A stretch of 45,036 bases of DNA from the NCBI GenBank assembly GCA_026418955.1, contig JAOAAI010000014.1, positions 1-45,036 of the forward strand. The letters run 5' to 3'. The translations under genes and the position numbers were made by a program. Below, piece by piece: positions 1-8,832 of the stretch (position 1 is its first letter; each line of letters begins with the position of its first letter). The stretch is from Candidatus Goldiibacteriota bacterium (GTDB lineage Bacteria; Oederibacteriota; PGYV01; DSYL01). The notes beneath the pieces were generated by a model. That model was not told where the DNA came from and made no database searches. It worked only from the letters and a program-made list of their open reading frames with translations.

Positions 1-19
1 AGATGTGTATAAGAGACAG
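1..19. other. Tn5/Nextera mosaic-end (ME) adapter, a library artefact
   Basis: Exact 19-mer AGATGTGTATAAGAGACAG. Its exact reverse complement closes the window at 45018-45036. Confidence 0.95.
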
Positions 20-20
20 C

Positions 21-941
21 TATATTACTTTTTATCCATTCAAACATCTTCATAGGAACCTGCTGGTCAATTAAATAATTTGTAAAGCCGAGTGCCGCTC
101 CTAAAATAATAAAAATTCCACCGGTTAAAACAATTGATGCCCTTATAATTCTTGGAAGGTCTTTCTTTAAACTTATATCCCTGTAAATAAAAATCTCAAC
201 TACAAATGCATAAGCCGCAGTAATAACCGCAGCCTCTGCTGCTGTAAATTTACCACTGTATATCCCCCATAATACTAGAAAAGGCAAAGGAATTTCCCAA
301 ATTGCATCTTTAATTGCCTTTGCTATTTGTCCAAACGATAATTTCTTTTTTTCTTGTAATTTTGGCGAATAAAAAAACGCAAGCACAGATATAATAAGCG
401 TGAGTATTATTCCCGGCAAAATGCCTGCAATAAAAAGTTTTGCTATACTCACTTTTGCAATCAAACCATAAAGAATAATAGCAATTGATGGTGGAAATAA
501 AATCCCCATTGTTCCTGCAGATGTTACTATTCCTATTGAAGTTTTTTCTGAATATTTTTCATTAATAAGCATTGCATATAAAAGTCCACCTAAAGCAATT
601 ATGGTAACGCCGGTTGCTCCTGTGAATGCAGTAAAAAAAGTTGAAGCCACAATTGTAACAATCGCAACACCACCGCGCATCCAGCCTATAAATGAATTTA
701 CCAAATTTATCATACGTTTTGGTGTTCCTGATTCTGCCATTAAATATCCGGCAAAAGTAAAAAGCGGAATTGTAATTAAAACTGGCGATACTGCTATTCT
801 TGCCATTTCAATTATGACAGCAGATATATCAACTCCTGATAGAATAAAAAACAAAATCGCAAGCCCGCCAAGAACAACAAAAAGCGGCGCACCAATAAAA
901 GCAAGAATAAGTGAAATTATGGTAATTAATATTATTAACAT
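21..941 (-). CDS. dctM: TRAP transporter large permease DctM (3' end truncated by the contig end)
   Basis: Not in the ORF track because it is open-ended. ATG at 941-939, 5 nt after the dctQ stop. My translation is MLIILITIISLILAFIGAPLFVVLGG...PLFTFAGYLMAESGTPKRMINL...FFTAFTGATGVT...LFPPSIAIILYG, a polytopic, DctM-like sequence. The frame runs into the adapter. Confidence 0.85.
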
Positions 942-946
942 AAATT

Positions 947-1435
947 TTATTTCTTTCTTTTATTATTATATAAAATGGTCTCTAAAATTTTCTGTAAAAA
1001 AGAAAACAGCATAAATAAAAAAACAAGCGGTAATATTAATTCTAGAACCCAGACCGGAATAAAAACTATTCGGGCTGCTTCATTTATTTCATTTAAAATA
1101 AAAATTATTGAAGCTATTAAAAATAAAAAACATATAATAAAAGAAAATGAATTAACAATCAGATTCACTGCATTTTTATTTAATTTCTTAAAAAACTGTG
1201 AAGCAACATCAATATTTATGTGCCTGTTCTTATATGTCGCAAGAGAAGCACCTAAAAAACCAACCCACATAACAAGATAACGTATTATGGAATCAGCACT
1301 TTCCAATCCTAAATTTAAAAACAATCTTAATAAAACCTGGGTTAAAGAAAGGAAAAGCAACAAAAGAAAGACAACAACAATAAAAATTTTCTGGAATTTA
1401 TATAACCGGCAATTTAACCTTCTTAAAAAATCCAT
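947..1435 (-). CDS. dctQ: TRAP transporter small permease DctQ
   Basis: 162 aa with about 4 hydrophobic helices. It lies between dctP and dctM. The junction with the dctP stop is TAAATG. Confidence 0.75.
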   Translation of the reverse strand: MDFLRRLNCRLYKFQKIFIVVVFLLLLFLSLTQVLLRLFLNLGLESADSIIRYLVMWVGFLGASLATYKNRHINIDVASQFFKKLNKNAVNLIVNSFSFIICFLFLIASIIFILNEINEAARIVFIPVWVLELILPLVFLFMLFSFLQKILETILYNNKRKK

Positions 1436-2440
1436 TTATTTTCCTTTGCTTCTGAAATCAGAAAGATGTTTTTTGAGTTCATTTAAAAGTTCTTTAGTAT
1501 AAAATTTACCGACAAGTTGATTTGCTGTTTTTTCACTTACATCGGCAAATGTCTTTAAATCTTGTTTATTTGCAATATCAGTAAAAACTATTCCGCTCTT
1601 CTTAAGGACATTTAAAGCATCATTATTTTCTTTTCTTGAAAGTTCAGTTAATTTATTAAATGCCTTCCTTGATTCTTCCATAATTATTTTCCTAAAATTT
1701 TCCGGCATTTTTACCCAAATACTTTTATTTATAAGCACACCACCCGGTACATAAGCAATACGCATATTTAAAATATATTTTGTCATTGTCTGCCACTGCA
1801 TTGCAACTGCTGAAAGTGGGGACCCATAAACACCTTCTATCATACCTGTCTGCAATGCCTGCATAACATCTATCAGGGAAAGAGGTATTGGAACAACCCC
1901 GAGTTCTTTAAACAGGGTATTTACAAGAACATCTTCTCCCCATATCCACATTTTTATTTTTCTGAAAGCATCTATTGAATCAATTTTCTGCTTTGAAAAT
2001 ATATATGCAAAACCAACCTCTGGCCAGCCAAGAACTATAAAACCTTTTTTTTCAAATTGTTTTTCAAAATATGGCGTCATTTTCTCCAAAACATAATCAA
2101 TCTCTTTTTCATTATTTATTATGAGAGGTATGTTTAATATTCTTACTTCTGGCACCACTTCACCTAACCCTTGTGAAGTAAATCCAGCTGCGTGTAACTG
2201 ATTTATCTTCATTTTTTTAAGAACATCTTTTTCATCACCTGAGACACCACCGGGATAAAATTTGAATTTTACTTCCCCTTTTGTTTTTTCATAAATAACT
2301 TCATCCAACTCCTGCATCACATTCATCCAGGTAGAGCCCTCCGGCGCAACTGACGCAAATTTTATTACATACTTTGCCTCAGCAAAAGAAAAAACAGGAA
2401 TAACTAACAGTGCTAATATAACTATAAATATTTTTTTCAT
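1436..2440 (-). CDS. dctP: TRAP transporter periplasmic solute-binding protein (DctP family)
   Basis: 334 aa with a signal peptide. DctP-like sequence (KFASVAPEGSTW..., YPGG..GDE, QALQTGMIEG). Confidence 0.85.
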   Translation of the reverse strand: MKKIFIVILALLVIPVFSFAEAKYVIKFASVAPEGSTWMNVMQELDEVIYEKTKGEVKFKFYPGGVSGDEKDVLKKMKINQLHAAGFTSQGLGEVVPEVRILNIPLIINNEKEIDYVLEKMTPYFEKQFEKKGFIVLGWPEVGFAYIFSKQKIDSIDAFRKIKMWIWGEDVLVNTLFKELGVVPIPLSLIDVMQALQTGMIEGVYGSPLSAVAMQWQTMTKYILNMRIAYVPGGVLINKSIWVKMPENFRKIIMEESRKAFNKLTELSRKENNDALNVLKKSGIVFTDIANKQDLKTFADVSEKTANQLVGKFYTKELLNELKKHLSDFRSKGK

Positions 2441-2503
2441 ATTTTTCCTCCTTGCAAATTTAATCTATCATTTGCCATTTCGCTTCTACCGCCTGTTTCT
2501 CGT

Positions 2504-3400
2504 TTAAAACGCATCACTTAATTTTATTTTAAGAATCTCTGCTTTCTTTTTGGCAATTTTAGTAAATAATTTTTCCGGTATTATATCATCCGGTGTCTTT
2601 TCAATATTTAATAAAAGTTCATCAAATAATTTTTTATCCTGTTTCTGCACAGTATAGAATTTTGCTGTAAAAAAATCCGCTAAAATAAATTTGCCACCGG
2701 ATATCTGTTTTACTTTTTCATATTCTTGTTTTGCTTTTTCTAAATCACCACCAAACATCTTTGGCATAGAATAATAAACAATCATAAATAAATGTGGCAA
2801 ACCATAAAAATATTTATTATCAAGTTCTAAAACTCTTGCCATCATAGTTCTTACTTTTGGCAAATCTGAAACTGCTTCTACTGAATTTTTGTTCAAATTA
2901 ATAAAAGAACCCCAGGCAAACGCTGTCCAAAAAAGTGCCTCTACATCTTTTTTATTAAATGCTATCATCATTTTTTCAAATTCTGAAAAATCTTTATCAA
3001 GAACATTTTTAAAATCATTGTTTTTAGTCAAAATTTTCATTCCGTAATCTTTTGCTTTTTTATAAAAATACGATGCTTTTTTTAAATTTTCTTTTTCTTT
3101 TTTCTTATCTGTATCCATATCCTCCAAAAAACCCATTGCATACATTCCATAAAGTTTGCATCCTTTTAAAAGCAAGTCATCATTTTCATAATTGGAGCCT
3201 TTGATAAGGCCATCTAATAATTTTAAATTTGCCGGCACTGCTTCTTTTGCAAAATCAATATCTTCTTCTTCAAAAAATGCTGTAACAACATCTTCCATAA
3301 AACTGCCTGTCGCATTTATTGTAATTCTTTTTATACTGCAACCAGATAAAGATAAAACTAAAAAAAGCAAAAGAAAAATTTTAATTTTATTCATATTCAT
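2504..3400 (-). CDS. tatT: TRAP-associated TPR lipoprotein, TatT family
   Basis: Lipobox LSLSGC. The N-terminal segment DIDFAKEAVPANLKLLDGLI and the C-terminal segment GGDLEKAKQEYEKVKQISGGKF...LFDELLLNI fit my recollection of the TatT family. It sits immediately upstream of dctPQM. Confidence 0.65.
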   Translation of the reverse strand: MNMNKIKIFLLLFLVLSLSGCSIKRITINATGSFMEDVVTAFFEEEDIDFAKEAVPANLKLLDGLIKGSNYENDDLLLKGCKLYGMYAMGFLEDMDTDKKKEKENLKKASYFYKKAKDYGMKILTKNNDFKNVLDKDFSEFEKMMIAFNKKDVEALFWTAFAWGSFINLNKNSVEAVSDLPKVRTMMARVLELDNKYFYGLPHLFMIVYYSMPKMFGGDLEKAKQEYEKVKQISGGKFILADFFTAKFYTVQKQDKKLFDELLLNIEKTPDDIIPEKLFTKIAKKKAEILKIKLSDAF

Positions 3401-4118
3401 TCACCTTTTCTGGTAATTTTTCATATCTTTGTCCTGTTTCTTCATCTATTATACTGTATCCGACCAGTTCTGCAAAATGAACATTTGTATCTGCCCGGAC
3501 ATAACCAAAACCTTTTCCATACCAGTATTTTTCAACAGTTGCTTTTCCATCTCCCTGATCAACAACAGCATGAATAAGGTAAGTATCTATCTCGCCTACT
3601 TTGGTTTTAATTTTCTCTCTTTTTACCACTTCAAATTTCCCGGTTATATTTCTTTCTATTGAAAAAAATAATATCTGGGCAGATGCTTTTGCTTTTTGCT
3701 CCCATTTATTTCCTGCTTTCAATGGAAATTTAAAAAAATTAACCTCCGGAATTATATTTGCCTCAATAGAAAAATTAAAAATAGGGAATGGATATCTGAT
3801 AACGCGCATATAAACACCGTTTTTGTCTCTTCTTATTAAATACCTTATATCAACCTTAGGCGCATAAAAATAAAAATAATCTTTTTCATCTTTTTTTTCT
3901 ATATCTTTTATCTCTGCTTTAACTTTTATAATTTTATCTGGTTCTGCTTTTTTATACGCTTCAAAAAAAAGCAAACTCCCCTTTGCCATAGGATAGTATT
4001 TTTCATCCGGTGTTATTTCTTTTACAGTTTTAGTTAAATTTTCAAAAGATTGAGAATATAATAAATCACCAAAAAAAATAATTGTAATTATAAAACCTGT
4101 TATTGCTACTTTATTCAT
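3387..4118 (-). CDS. Hypothetical secreted protein
   Basis: 243 aa with an N-terminal hydrophobic signal. It overlaps the tatT start by 14 nt. No family recognised. Confidence 0.55.
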   Translation of the reverse strand: MNKVAITGFIITIIFFGDLLYSQSFENLTKTVKEITPDEKYYPMAKGSLLFFEAYKKAEPDKIIKVKAEIKDIEKKDEKDYFYFYAPKVDIRYLIRRDKNGVYMRVIRYPFPIFNFSIEANIIPEVNFFKFPLKAGNKWEQKAKASAQILFFSIERNITGKFEVVKREKIKTKVGEIDTYLIHAVVDQGDGKATVEKYWYGKGFGYVRADTNVHFAELVGYSIIDEETGQRYEKLPEKVNEYE

Positions 4119-4153
4119 AATTTTATCCTCTGTAATTAATAAATTTAAAAAAG

Positions 4154-4180
4154 ATTATCATAATAAATATATTATGTCAA
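4154..4180 (-). promoter_or_regulatory. Putative sigma70-type promoter for the 243-aa ORF/TRAP operon
   Basis: On the minus strand: perfect TTGACA (4180-4175), a 15-nt spacer, then GATAAT (4159-4154), about 35 nt upstream of the ATG at 4118. In AT-rich DNA a chance match is plausible. Confidence 0.3.
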
Positions 4181-4227
4181 TAAAACGTATTTTTCAGTTA
4201 TTTTGACGATTTCTTACAGATTGATGT

Positions 4228-4611
4228 TTACTTGCTTTTTCCAGCAGTTACATCGTAAATAACGCCACCTAATTCATATCCCCCGCCCCAGCCAACAACA
4301 ATAAAAAGTCCAATTATATATAATCCGATTGTGTCAAATCCTATTGTCTTTGACTTTGATAATTCATCTTTAAAAATCAAATATGTTATACTTCCCAAAA
4401 GTAAACTCCCAACCACCCCGCCGGCAATTTTAGCATTATTTTTTTCATCCCAGCCCTTTTGCGATTTTATTTTGCTCTTTTCTATATCAAGATATGCCTC
4501 CTGCGCCTTTTTTTCAAGCAAGTATTTTTTCCTTTCTTCACTTAAACTCGCACAGCCAGAAATTAAAAAAATATATATAAAAAGATTTAAAACTATCAAA
4601 AGCTTTTTCAT
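4228..4611 (-). CDS. Hypothetical membrane lipoprotein
   Basis: 127 aa with lipobox LISGC and two Gly-rich hydrophobic segments. It starts 3 nt after the tldD stop. Confidence 0.55.
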   Translation of the reverse strand: MKKLLIVLNLFIYIFLISGCASLSEERKKYLLEKKAQEAYLDIEKSKIKSQKGWDEKNNAKIAGGVVGSLLLGSITYLIFKDELSKSKTIGFDTIGLYIIGLFIVVGWGGGYELGGVIYDVTAGKSK

Positions 4612-4613
4612 TT

Positions 4614-5987
4614 CTATTTGCTCCCGATAAGTATTTTCGGTATGCGCAAAGTTGGCTGAGCATCTGATACAGGGACCCCCTGCCCATCTTTACCGCAAGT
4701 TCCTGATTCAAACCCTAAATCATCACATACGGCATCTATATTTTTTAAAATATCCTGCCCTTTACCGAGTAAAGTTGCATCCCTTACTGGTTTTACAATT
4801 TTTCCATTTTCAATTTTAAATCCTTCTTTTATCTCAAAAATAAACTCACCGGTTACTGTATTTACCTGACCGCCACCCATTTTTTTTATATAAATGCCAT
4901 TTTTTGTATCTTTAATCAAATCCGCTTCTTTGCCTTTTCCAGGTTTTATATAAATATTTGACATACGCGGTATTGGTATATGAAAAAACGATTCGCGCCT
5001 TCCATTTCCTGTTGAAACCTTACCATCCCTAAATGCGGTTACCCGGTCATATAAATAATTTTTCAAAATTCCATTTTCGATTAAAATAGTTTTTTTTGCT
5101 TTTATTCCCTCATCATCAAAAGAATACGAACCGCGTTTACCTGGGATTGTTGCATCATCAATAACTGTTATCAATGGCGAAGCAACTACTTGGCCAATTT
5201 TTCCTTTGTATTCTGATAAATTTTTTTGCACCAGATCAGCTTCCAACGAATGTCCAATCGCCTCATGAATTAAAGTTCCACCGGCTTCTGCTGAAATTAC
5301 AGCCGGCATTTCACCGGTAATTTTTTCATTGATATCAAGTAATCTTAAAGCTGCCTCAGCTGTTTCCCTTGATTTTTCTTTAAGATTATTTTGCTTTAAT
5401 AATTCATATCCACAGGCACCTGAAATTACAGAATAACCGGTTTCAATGCTATTGCCTTTGCCAGCCATAATAAAAATAATAAAAGTGGTATATATACGTC
5501 TGTCTTTTACATAATTGCCTGTATCATTTAAAATTTTAACTTCTTGTATTTTTTCAGAAATTGTTAATTTTACCTGTTTTATATTATGGCTTATTTTCCT
5601 TACAAAATTATCCATTTCTTTAAGTAATTCTATTTTTTTATCTGTTTTTATTTTATTATGAGGTATTTTTATTTTATTTACATCAGGGGGGATAATTCGC
5701 CGTATATAATTTTTTGTTTTTTTCTTCCCGGAAGTTAAAAAATTATTTTTAATATTTCTTACAGCATTCAAAACTTTTTTTTCTTTTACTTCATCTGTAC
5801 AGTTATAAAAAATATTAAAATCTTTAACACCTTTTATTCCTATCCCCGATAGGCTACAGCATGTAAACTGGTCTATTTTTGAATTTTCAAGCGAAATTAT
5901 TTTAGTTTCTGTATTTTCAAAAAAAATATCCCATAAATCAAAATTATAAGATGAAAGCAAACTTCCTGCTTTTTCTAAAATATCCAT
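4614..5987 (-). CDS. tldD: TldD/PmbA-family metalloprotease (TldD-like)
   Basis: 457 aa with the HEAIGHSLEAD (HExxxH) motif and a C-terminal GTCGKDGQGVPVSDAQPTLRI motif. No PmbA/TldE partner lies in the window. Confidence 0.85.
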   Translation of the reverse strand: MDILEKAGSLLSSYNFDLWDIFFENTETKIISLENSKIDQFTCCSLSGIGIKGVKDFNIFYNCTDEVKEKKVLNAVRNIKNNFLTSGKKKTKNYIRRIIPPDVNKIKIPHNKIKTDKKIELLKEMDNFVRKISHNIKQVKLTISEKIQEVKILNDTGNYVKDRRIYTTFIIFIMAGKGNSIETGYSVISGACGYELLKQNNLKEKSRETAEAALRLLDINEKITGEMPAVISAEAGGTLIHEAIGHSLEADLVQKNLSEYKGKIGQVVASPLITVIDDATIPGKRGSYSFDDEGIKAKKTILIENGILKNYLYDRVTAFRDGKVSTGNGRRESFFHIPIPRMSNIYIKPGKGKEADLIKDTKNGIYIKKMGGGQVNTVTGEFIFEIKEGFKIENGKIVKPVRDATLLGKGQDILKNIDAVCDDLGFESGTCGKDGQGVPVSDAQPTLRIPKILIGSK

Positions 5988-5990
5988 TTT

Positions 5991-6152
5991 TTATTTTTTT
6001 CTTTCTCCTGAAATTGCTATTATTCCCCAGATTAAAAGCACAAGTGAAAAAAGACCAATATATAAAAAAACTATATTAAATCCATATTTTATTATACAAA
6101 AAATACTCAATAATAAAATTACAGTAAATAAACCCACAAGAATTTCATACAT
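5991..6152 (-). CDS. Small two-helix membrane protein (53 aa), below the ORF-track cutoff
   Basis: My translation is MYEILVGLFTVILLLSIFCIIKYGFNIVFLYIGLFSLVLLIWGIIAISGERKK. GGAGG lies 7 nt upstream of the ATG. The stop is 3 nt before the tldD ATG. Confidence 0.45.
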   Translation of the reverse strand: MYEILVGLFTVILLLSIFCIIKYGFNIVFLYIGLFSLVLLIWGIIAISGERKK

Positions 6153-6172
6153 ATCATTTCCTCCATTCTTTA

Positions 6173-6583
6173 TTATTTTATGGATTGATTTTTACTTGCT
6201 TTTTTTGCTAATTTATCTGCTTTTTTATTATTTTCATTACTTATATGAACTAATTCAAAATTTATATTTTTTTTTAATTCTAAAATTTTTTTTAAAATTT
6301 CTTTTAATTTTGTGTTTTTTATTTTATATTCTCCGGAAATCTGCCTGCATAAAAGTTCGCTATCTGAAAAAATTTTTATTTCTTTAATGTTTTTTTCTAT
6401 AGCCACCTTTAAAAGTTCTAAAAGTGCTGTGTATTCTGCTATATTATTTGTGGCATAACCTATATTCTTTGATGCTTCATAGATGAGTTCTGAATTTTTA
6501 TAAATTAAAATACCAATCCCAGAAATTCCCGGATTACCGGATGATGCTCCATCAATATATGCAGTATATTCTGTATTATTCAT
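6173..6583 (-). CDS. rnhA: Ribonuclease H (type 1, RNase HI-like)
   Basis: 136 aa with DEDD-type residues in YIDGAS, NNIAEY, FSDSEL and NKKADKLA. Its ATG lies inside the last codons of kdsA (AATGAATAA). Confidence 0.8.
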   Translation of the reverse strand: MNNTEYTAYIDGASSGNPGISGIGILIYKNSELIYEASKNIGYATNNIAEYTALLELLKVAIEKNIKEIKIFSDSELLCRQISGEYKIKNTKLKEILKKILELKKNINFELVHISNENNKKADKLAKKASKNQSIK

Positions 6584-7418
6584 TTGCTATTTTAAAAATT
6601 TCTTTTAACTTTTCAAGTAAATTTTCAACTTTATCCAAAGGGTACTGGGTAGCCCGATCAGATAAAGCATTTTTTATATTATGATGAACTTCCAGAAAAA
6701 CTCCGTTTGCTCCTGCGGCAATTGCTGACTTTGCAATCACCGGAACAAATTCCCTATCTCCTGAACTTTTATCGCCTGCCCCACCTGGTCTTTGAACAGA
6801 ATGGGTAGCATCAATAACCAAAGGATAACCTGCGTTTTTCATAATAAAAATTGAACGCATATCAACAACCAAATTATTATAACCAAATGAAAAACCACGC
6901 TCAGTTAAAATTATATTTTTATTACCTGTGCTTTCCACTTTTTCAATCACATTAAAAATTTCATATGGCGATAAAAACTGTCCCTTTTTTATATTTATTG
7001 CTTTTCCTGTTTCTGCAGTTTTTAAAATCAAATCAGTTTGCCGGCATAAAAAAGCCGGTATCTGCAGAACATCAATGACTTTTGCAACGAGTTTCACATC
7101 CTTTGTTTCATGAACATCTGTTAAAATTGCAATATTTAATTTTTCCTTTATTTTTTTTAAAATGTTAATGCCTTTTTTAAACCCTAAACCACGAAAACTT
7201 TTTAAAGAACTTCTGTTTGCCTTATCATAAGATGCTTTAAAAATAAATGGTATTGATAATTTTTCTGTTATTTCTTTTAATCTTTCTGCGATAAAAAAAG
7301 CCATTTTTTCATTTTCAATAACACAGGGACCGGCTATGAGAAAAAAATCTCTCTGTCCGATTTTTAAATTTTCTTTAATTTTAATCTTTTTTTCCAAACT
7401 TTCTTTGTCTATCTTCAT
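6576..7418 (-). CDS. kdsA: 3-deoxy-8-phosphooctulonate (KDO-8-P) synthase
   Basis: 280 aa with LIAGPCVIE, KASYDKANRSS and ATHSVQRPGG motifs. Confidence 0.9.
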   Translation of the reverse strand: MKIDKESLEKKIKIKENLKIGQRDFFLIAGPCVIENEKMAFFIAERLKEITEKLSIPFIFKASYDKANRSSLKSFRGLGFKKGINILKKIKEKLNIAILTDVHETKDVKLVAKVIDVLQIPAFLCRQTDLILKTAETGKAINIKKGQFLSPYEIFNVIEKVESTGNKNIILTERGFSFGYNNLVVDMRSIFIMKNAGYPLVIDATHSVQRPGGAGDKSSGDREFVPVIAKSAIAAGANGVFLEVHHNIKNALSDRATQYPLDKVENLLEKLKEIFKIANE

Positions 7419-7581
7419 ACATCCATTCCATTATTATATTTTTTAATAATTTCTCGACAGGCATATTATACTTCTTTGCAAGCGCCTGTAAAGCATTGAA
7501 TTTCTCCTGCGCGGATTTATACTTTGCCCGTGAAAAATTTAGCAAATCGGTTTCTAGTTCTTTTTTATCTTTTTCATCCAT
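7381..7581 (-). CDS. Small hypothetical helical protein (66 aa)
   Basis: Its ATG overlaps the kdsB stop (AATGGATGA). The 3' end overlaps kdsA by 38 nt. No family recognised. Confidence 0.4.
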   Translation of the reverse strand: MDEKDKKELETDLLNFSRAKYKSAQEKFNALQALAKKYNMPVEKLLKNIIMEWMYEDRQRKFGKKD

Positions 7582-8320
7582 TTCTTTTTTTCTTTAAAAA
7601 CTTTTTGAATTTTTTTAAATCCTCTGCTGTATCAATGCTCATACTTTTACTTTTTACTATGACCACTTTTACTCGGCATAAATTTTCAATTAATCTCAAT
7701 TGTTCTAATTTTTCTATTTCTTCGTATTTGCTTTTTAAATTAAGCCATTTATCAAGAATGCCTTTCCTAAAAACATAAATGCCAATATGCTTTAAAATAT
7801 CCCCTTTTTTATATTTGCCATCCCTACTAAAAGGTATTAAAGCACGCGAAAAATAAAGCGCGTTATTATCACAATCCACAACCACTTTAACAAAATTGGG
7901 ATTATTTATTTCTTTAAAATCTGTAAATGGCGTTGCAAGAGTAACAACATCGCAGCTTTTTTCATTCATAAGAGTTTTTATTGCTTTATCAATAAACCGC
8001 GACTCTAAAAGCGGCTCATCTCCCTGTATATTTATCACTATGTCATTTATATTGGCATTTGTTGTTTTTAATGCCTCTCTTATTCTTTCTGTCCCTGATT
8101 TACATTTTGACGAAGTTAAAATAACCGAGCCACCAATTTTTTCTATGACTTTTTTTATTTTATCATCATCTGTTGCCACATATAATTTTTTTATTAATTT
8201 TGATTTTCTTACATTAAGAAAAGTATGCTCAATAATTGTTTTTCCGTTAACTCTTATGAGCATCTTTTCTTTTAATCTTGTTGATTTTAGCCTTGCCGGT
8301 ATTATTCCTATAATATTCAT
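7574..8320 (-). CDS. kdsB: 3-deoxy-manno-octulosonate cytidylyltransferase (CMP-KDO synthetase)
   Basis: 248 aa with N-terminal IIPARLKSTRLKEKML and the NIQGDEPL motif. Confidence 0.9.
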   Translation of the reverse strand: MNIIGIIPARLKSTRLKEKMLIRVNGKTIIEHTFLNVRKSKLIKKLYVATDDDKIKKVIEKIGGSVILTSSKCKSGTERIREALKTTNANINDIVINIQGDEPLLESRFIDKAIKTLMNEKSCDVVTLATPFTDFKEINNPNFVKVVVDCDNNALYFSRALIPFSRDGKYKKGDILKHIGIYVFRKGILDKWLNLKSKYEEIEKLEQLRLIENLCRVKVVIVKSKSMSIDTAEDLKKFKKFLKKKRNG

Positions 8321-8337
8321 AATAGTAGACTCTTTTT

Positions 8338-8832
8338 TCAGGAATAATTTCTTAATACTTTATTTATTATTTCTGTTGTTGAATTTCCTTTTATATATTT
8401 TATATTTTTTACAATACCGCCTGATTTTTTCACTATATCAGCCCCTATTATTTTATTCAAGGGCCAATCGCCACCTTTTACCAGAACATCTGGTTTTATA
8501 TCTTTTATTATATTATATGGATCCGGCTCATAAAATACAGTAATAAAATCTACAAATTCCAAAGCTGATAAGACCTCTGCCCTTTCTCTCTGTGGTATAA
8601 TTGGTCTTTTATCCCCTTTTATTTTTTTTACAGATGAATCACTATTAAGAGCAACCAAAAGTATATCACCGAATTTTTTTGCCTTTTTCAAAAATCTGAT
8701 GTGCCCTATATGCAATATATCATAACAACCATTTGTAAATACTATTTTTTTCCCCTGGATTTTTAACTTTTTTAAAATTTTCAATAACTTTTTTCTTGAA
8801 AAAATTATTTTATTACATTTCATCAACTGCAC
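8338..8832 (-). CDS. hldC: D-glycero-beta-D-manno-heptose-1-phosphate adenylyltransferase (stand-alone RfaE domain II), copy 1
   Basis: FTNGCYDILHIGHIRFL (HxGH cytidylyltransferase fold), LNSDSSVKKIKGDKRPI and VKGGDW. The track start at 8832 is GTG. An in-frame ATG at 8823 is an alternative start. Confidence 0.8.
   Translation of the reverse strand: MQLMKCNKIIFSRKKLLKILKKLKIQGKKIVFTNGCYDILHIGHIRFLKKAKKFGDILLVALNSDSSVKKIKGDKRPIIPQRERAEVLSALEFVDFITVFYEPDPYNIIKDIKPDVLVKGGDWPLNKIIGADIVKKSGGIVKNIKYIKGNSTTEIINKVLRNYS

Noticed and set aside
601-1280. Plus-strand ORFs 601-1014 and 975-1280
   Set aside because: They are shadows of dctM and dctQ on the opposite strand, and the minus-strand products have convincing TRAP permease sequence.
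2441-2503. Possible terminator between tatT and dctP (CGTTTTAAACG palindrome)
   Set aside because: The stem is only 4-5 AT-rich base pairs with a minimal loop and no U-run. The genes more likely belong to one transcript.
7896-8543. 215-aa plus-strand ORF, the longest alternative ORF in the track
   Set aside because: It is fully antisense to kdsB and hldC, which have clear catalytic motifs. Its product is low-complexity F/I/L/S-rich, typical of the antisense frame of Lys-rich AT-rich genes. It has no RBS.
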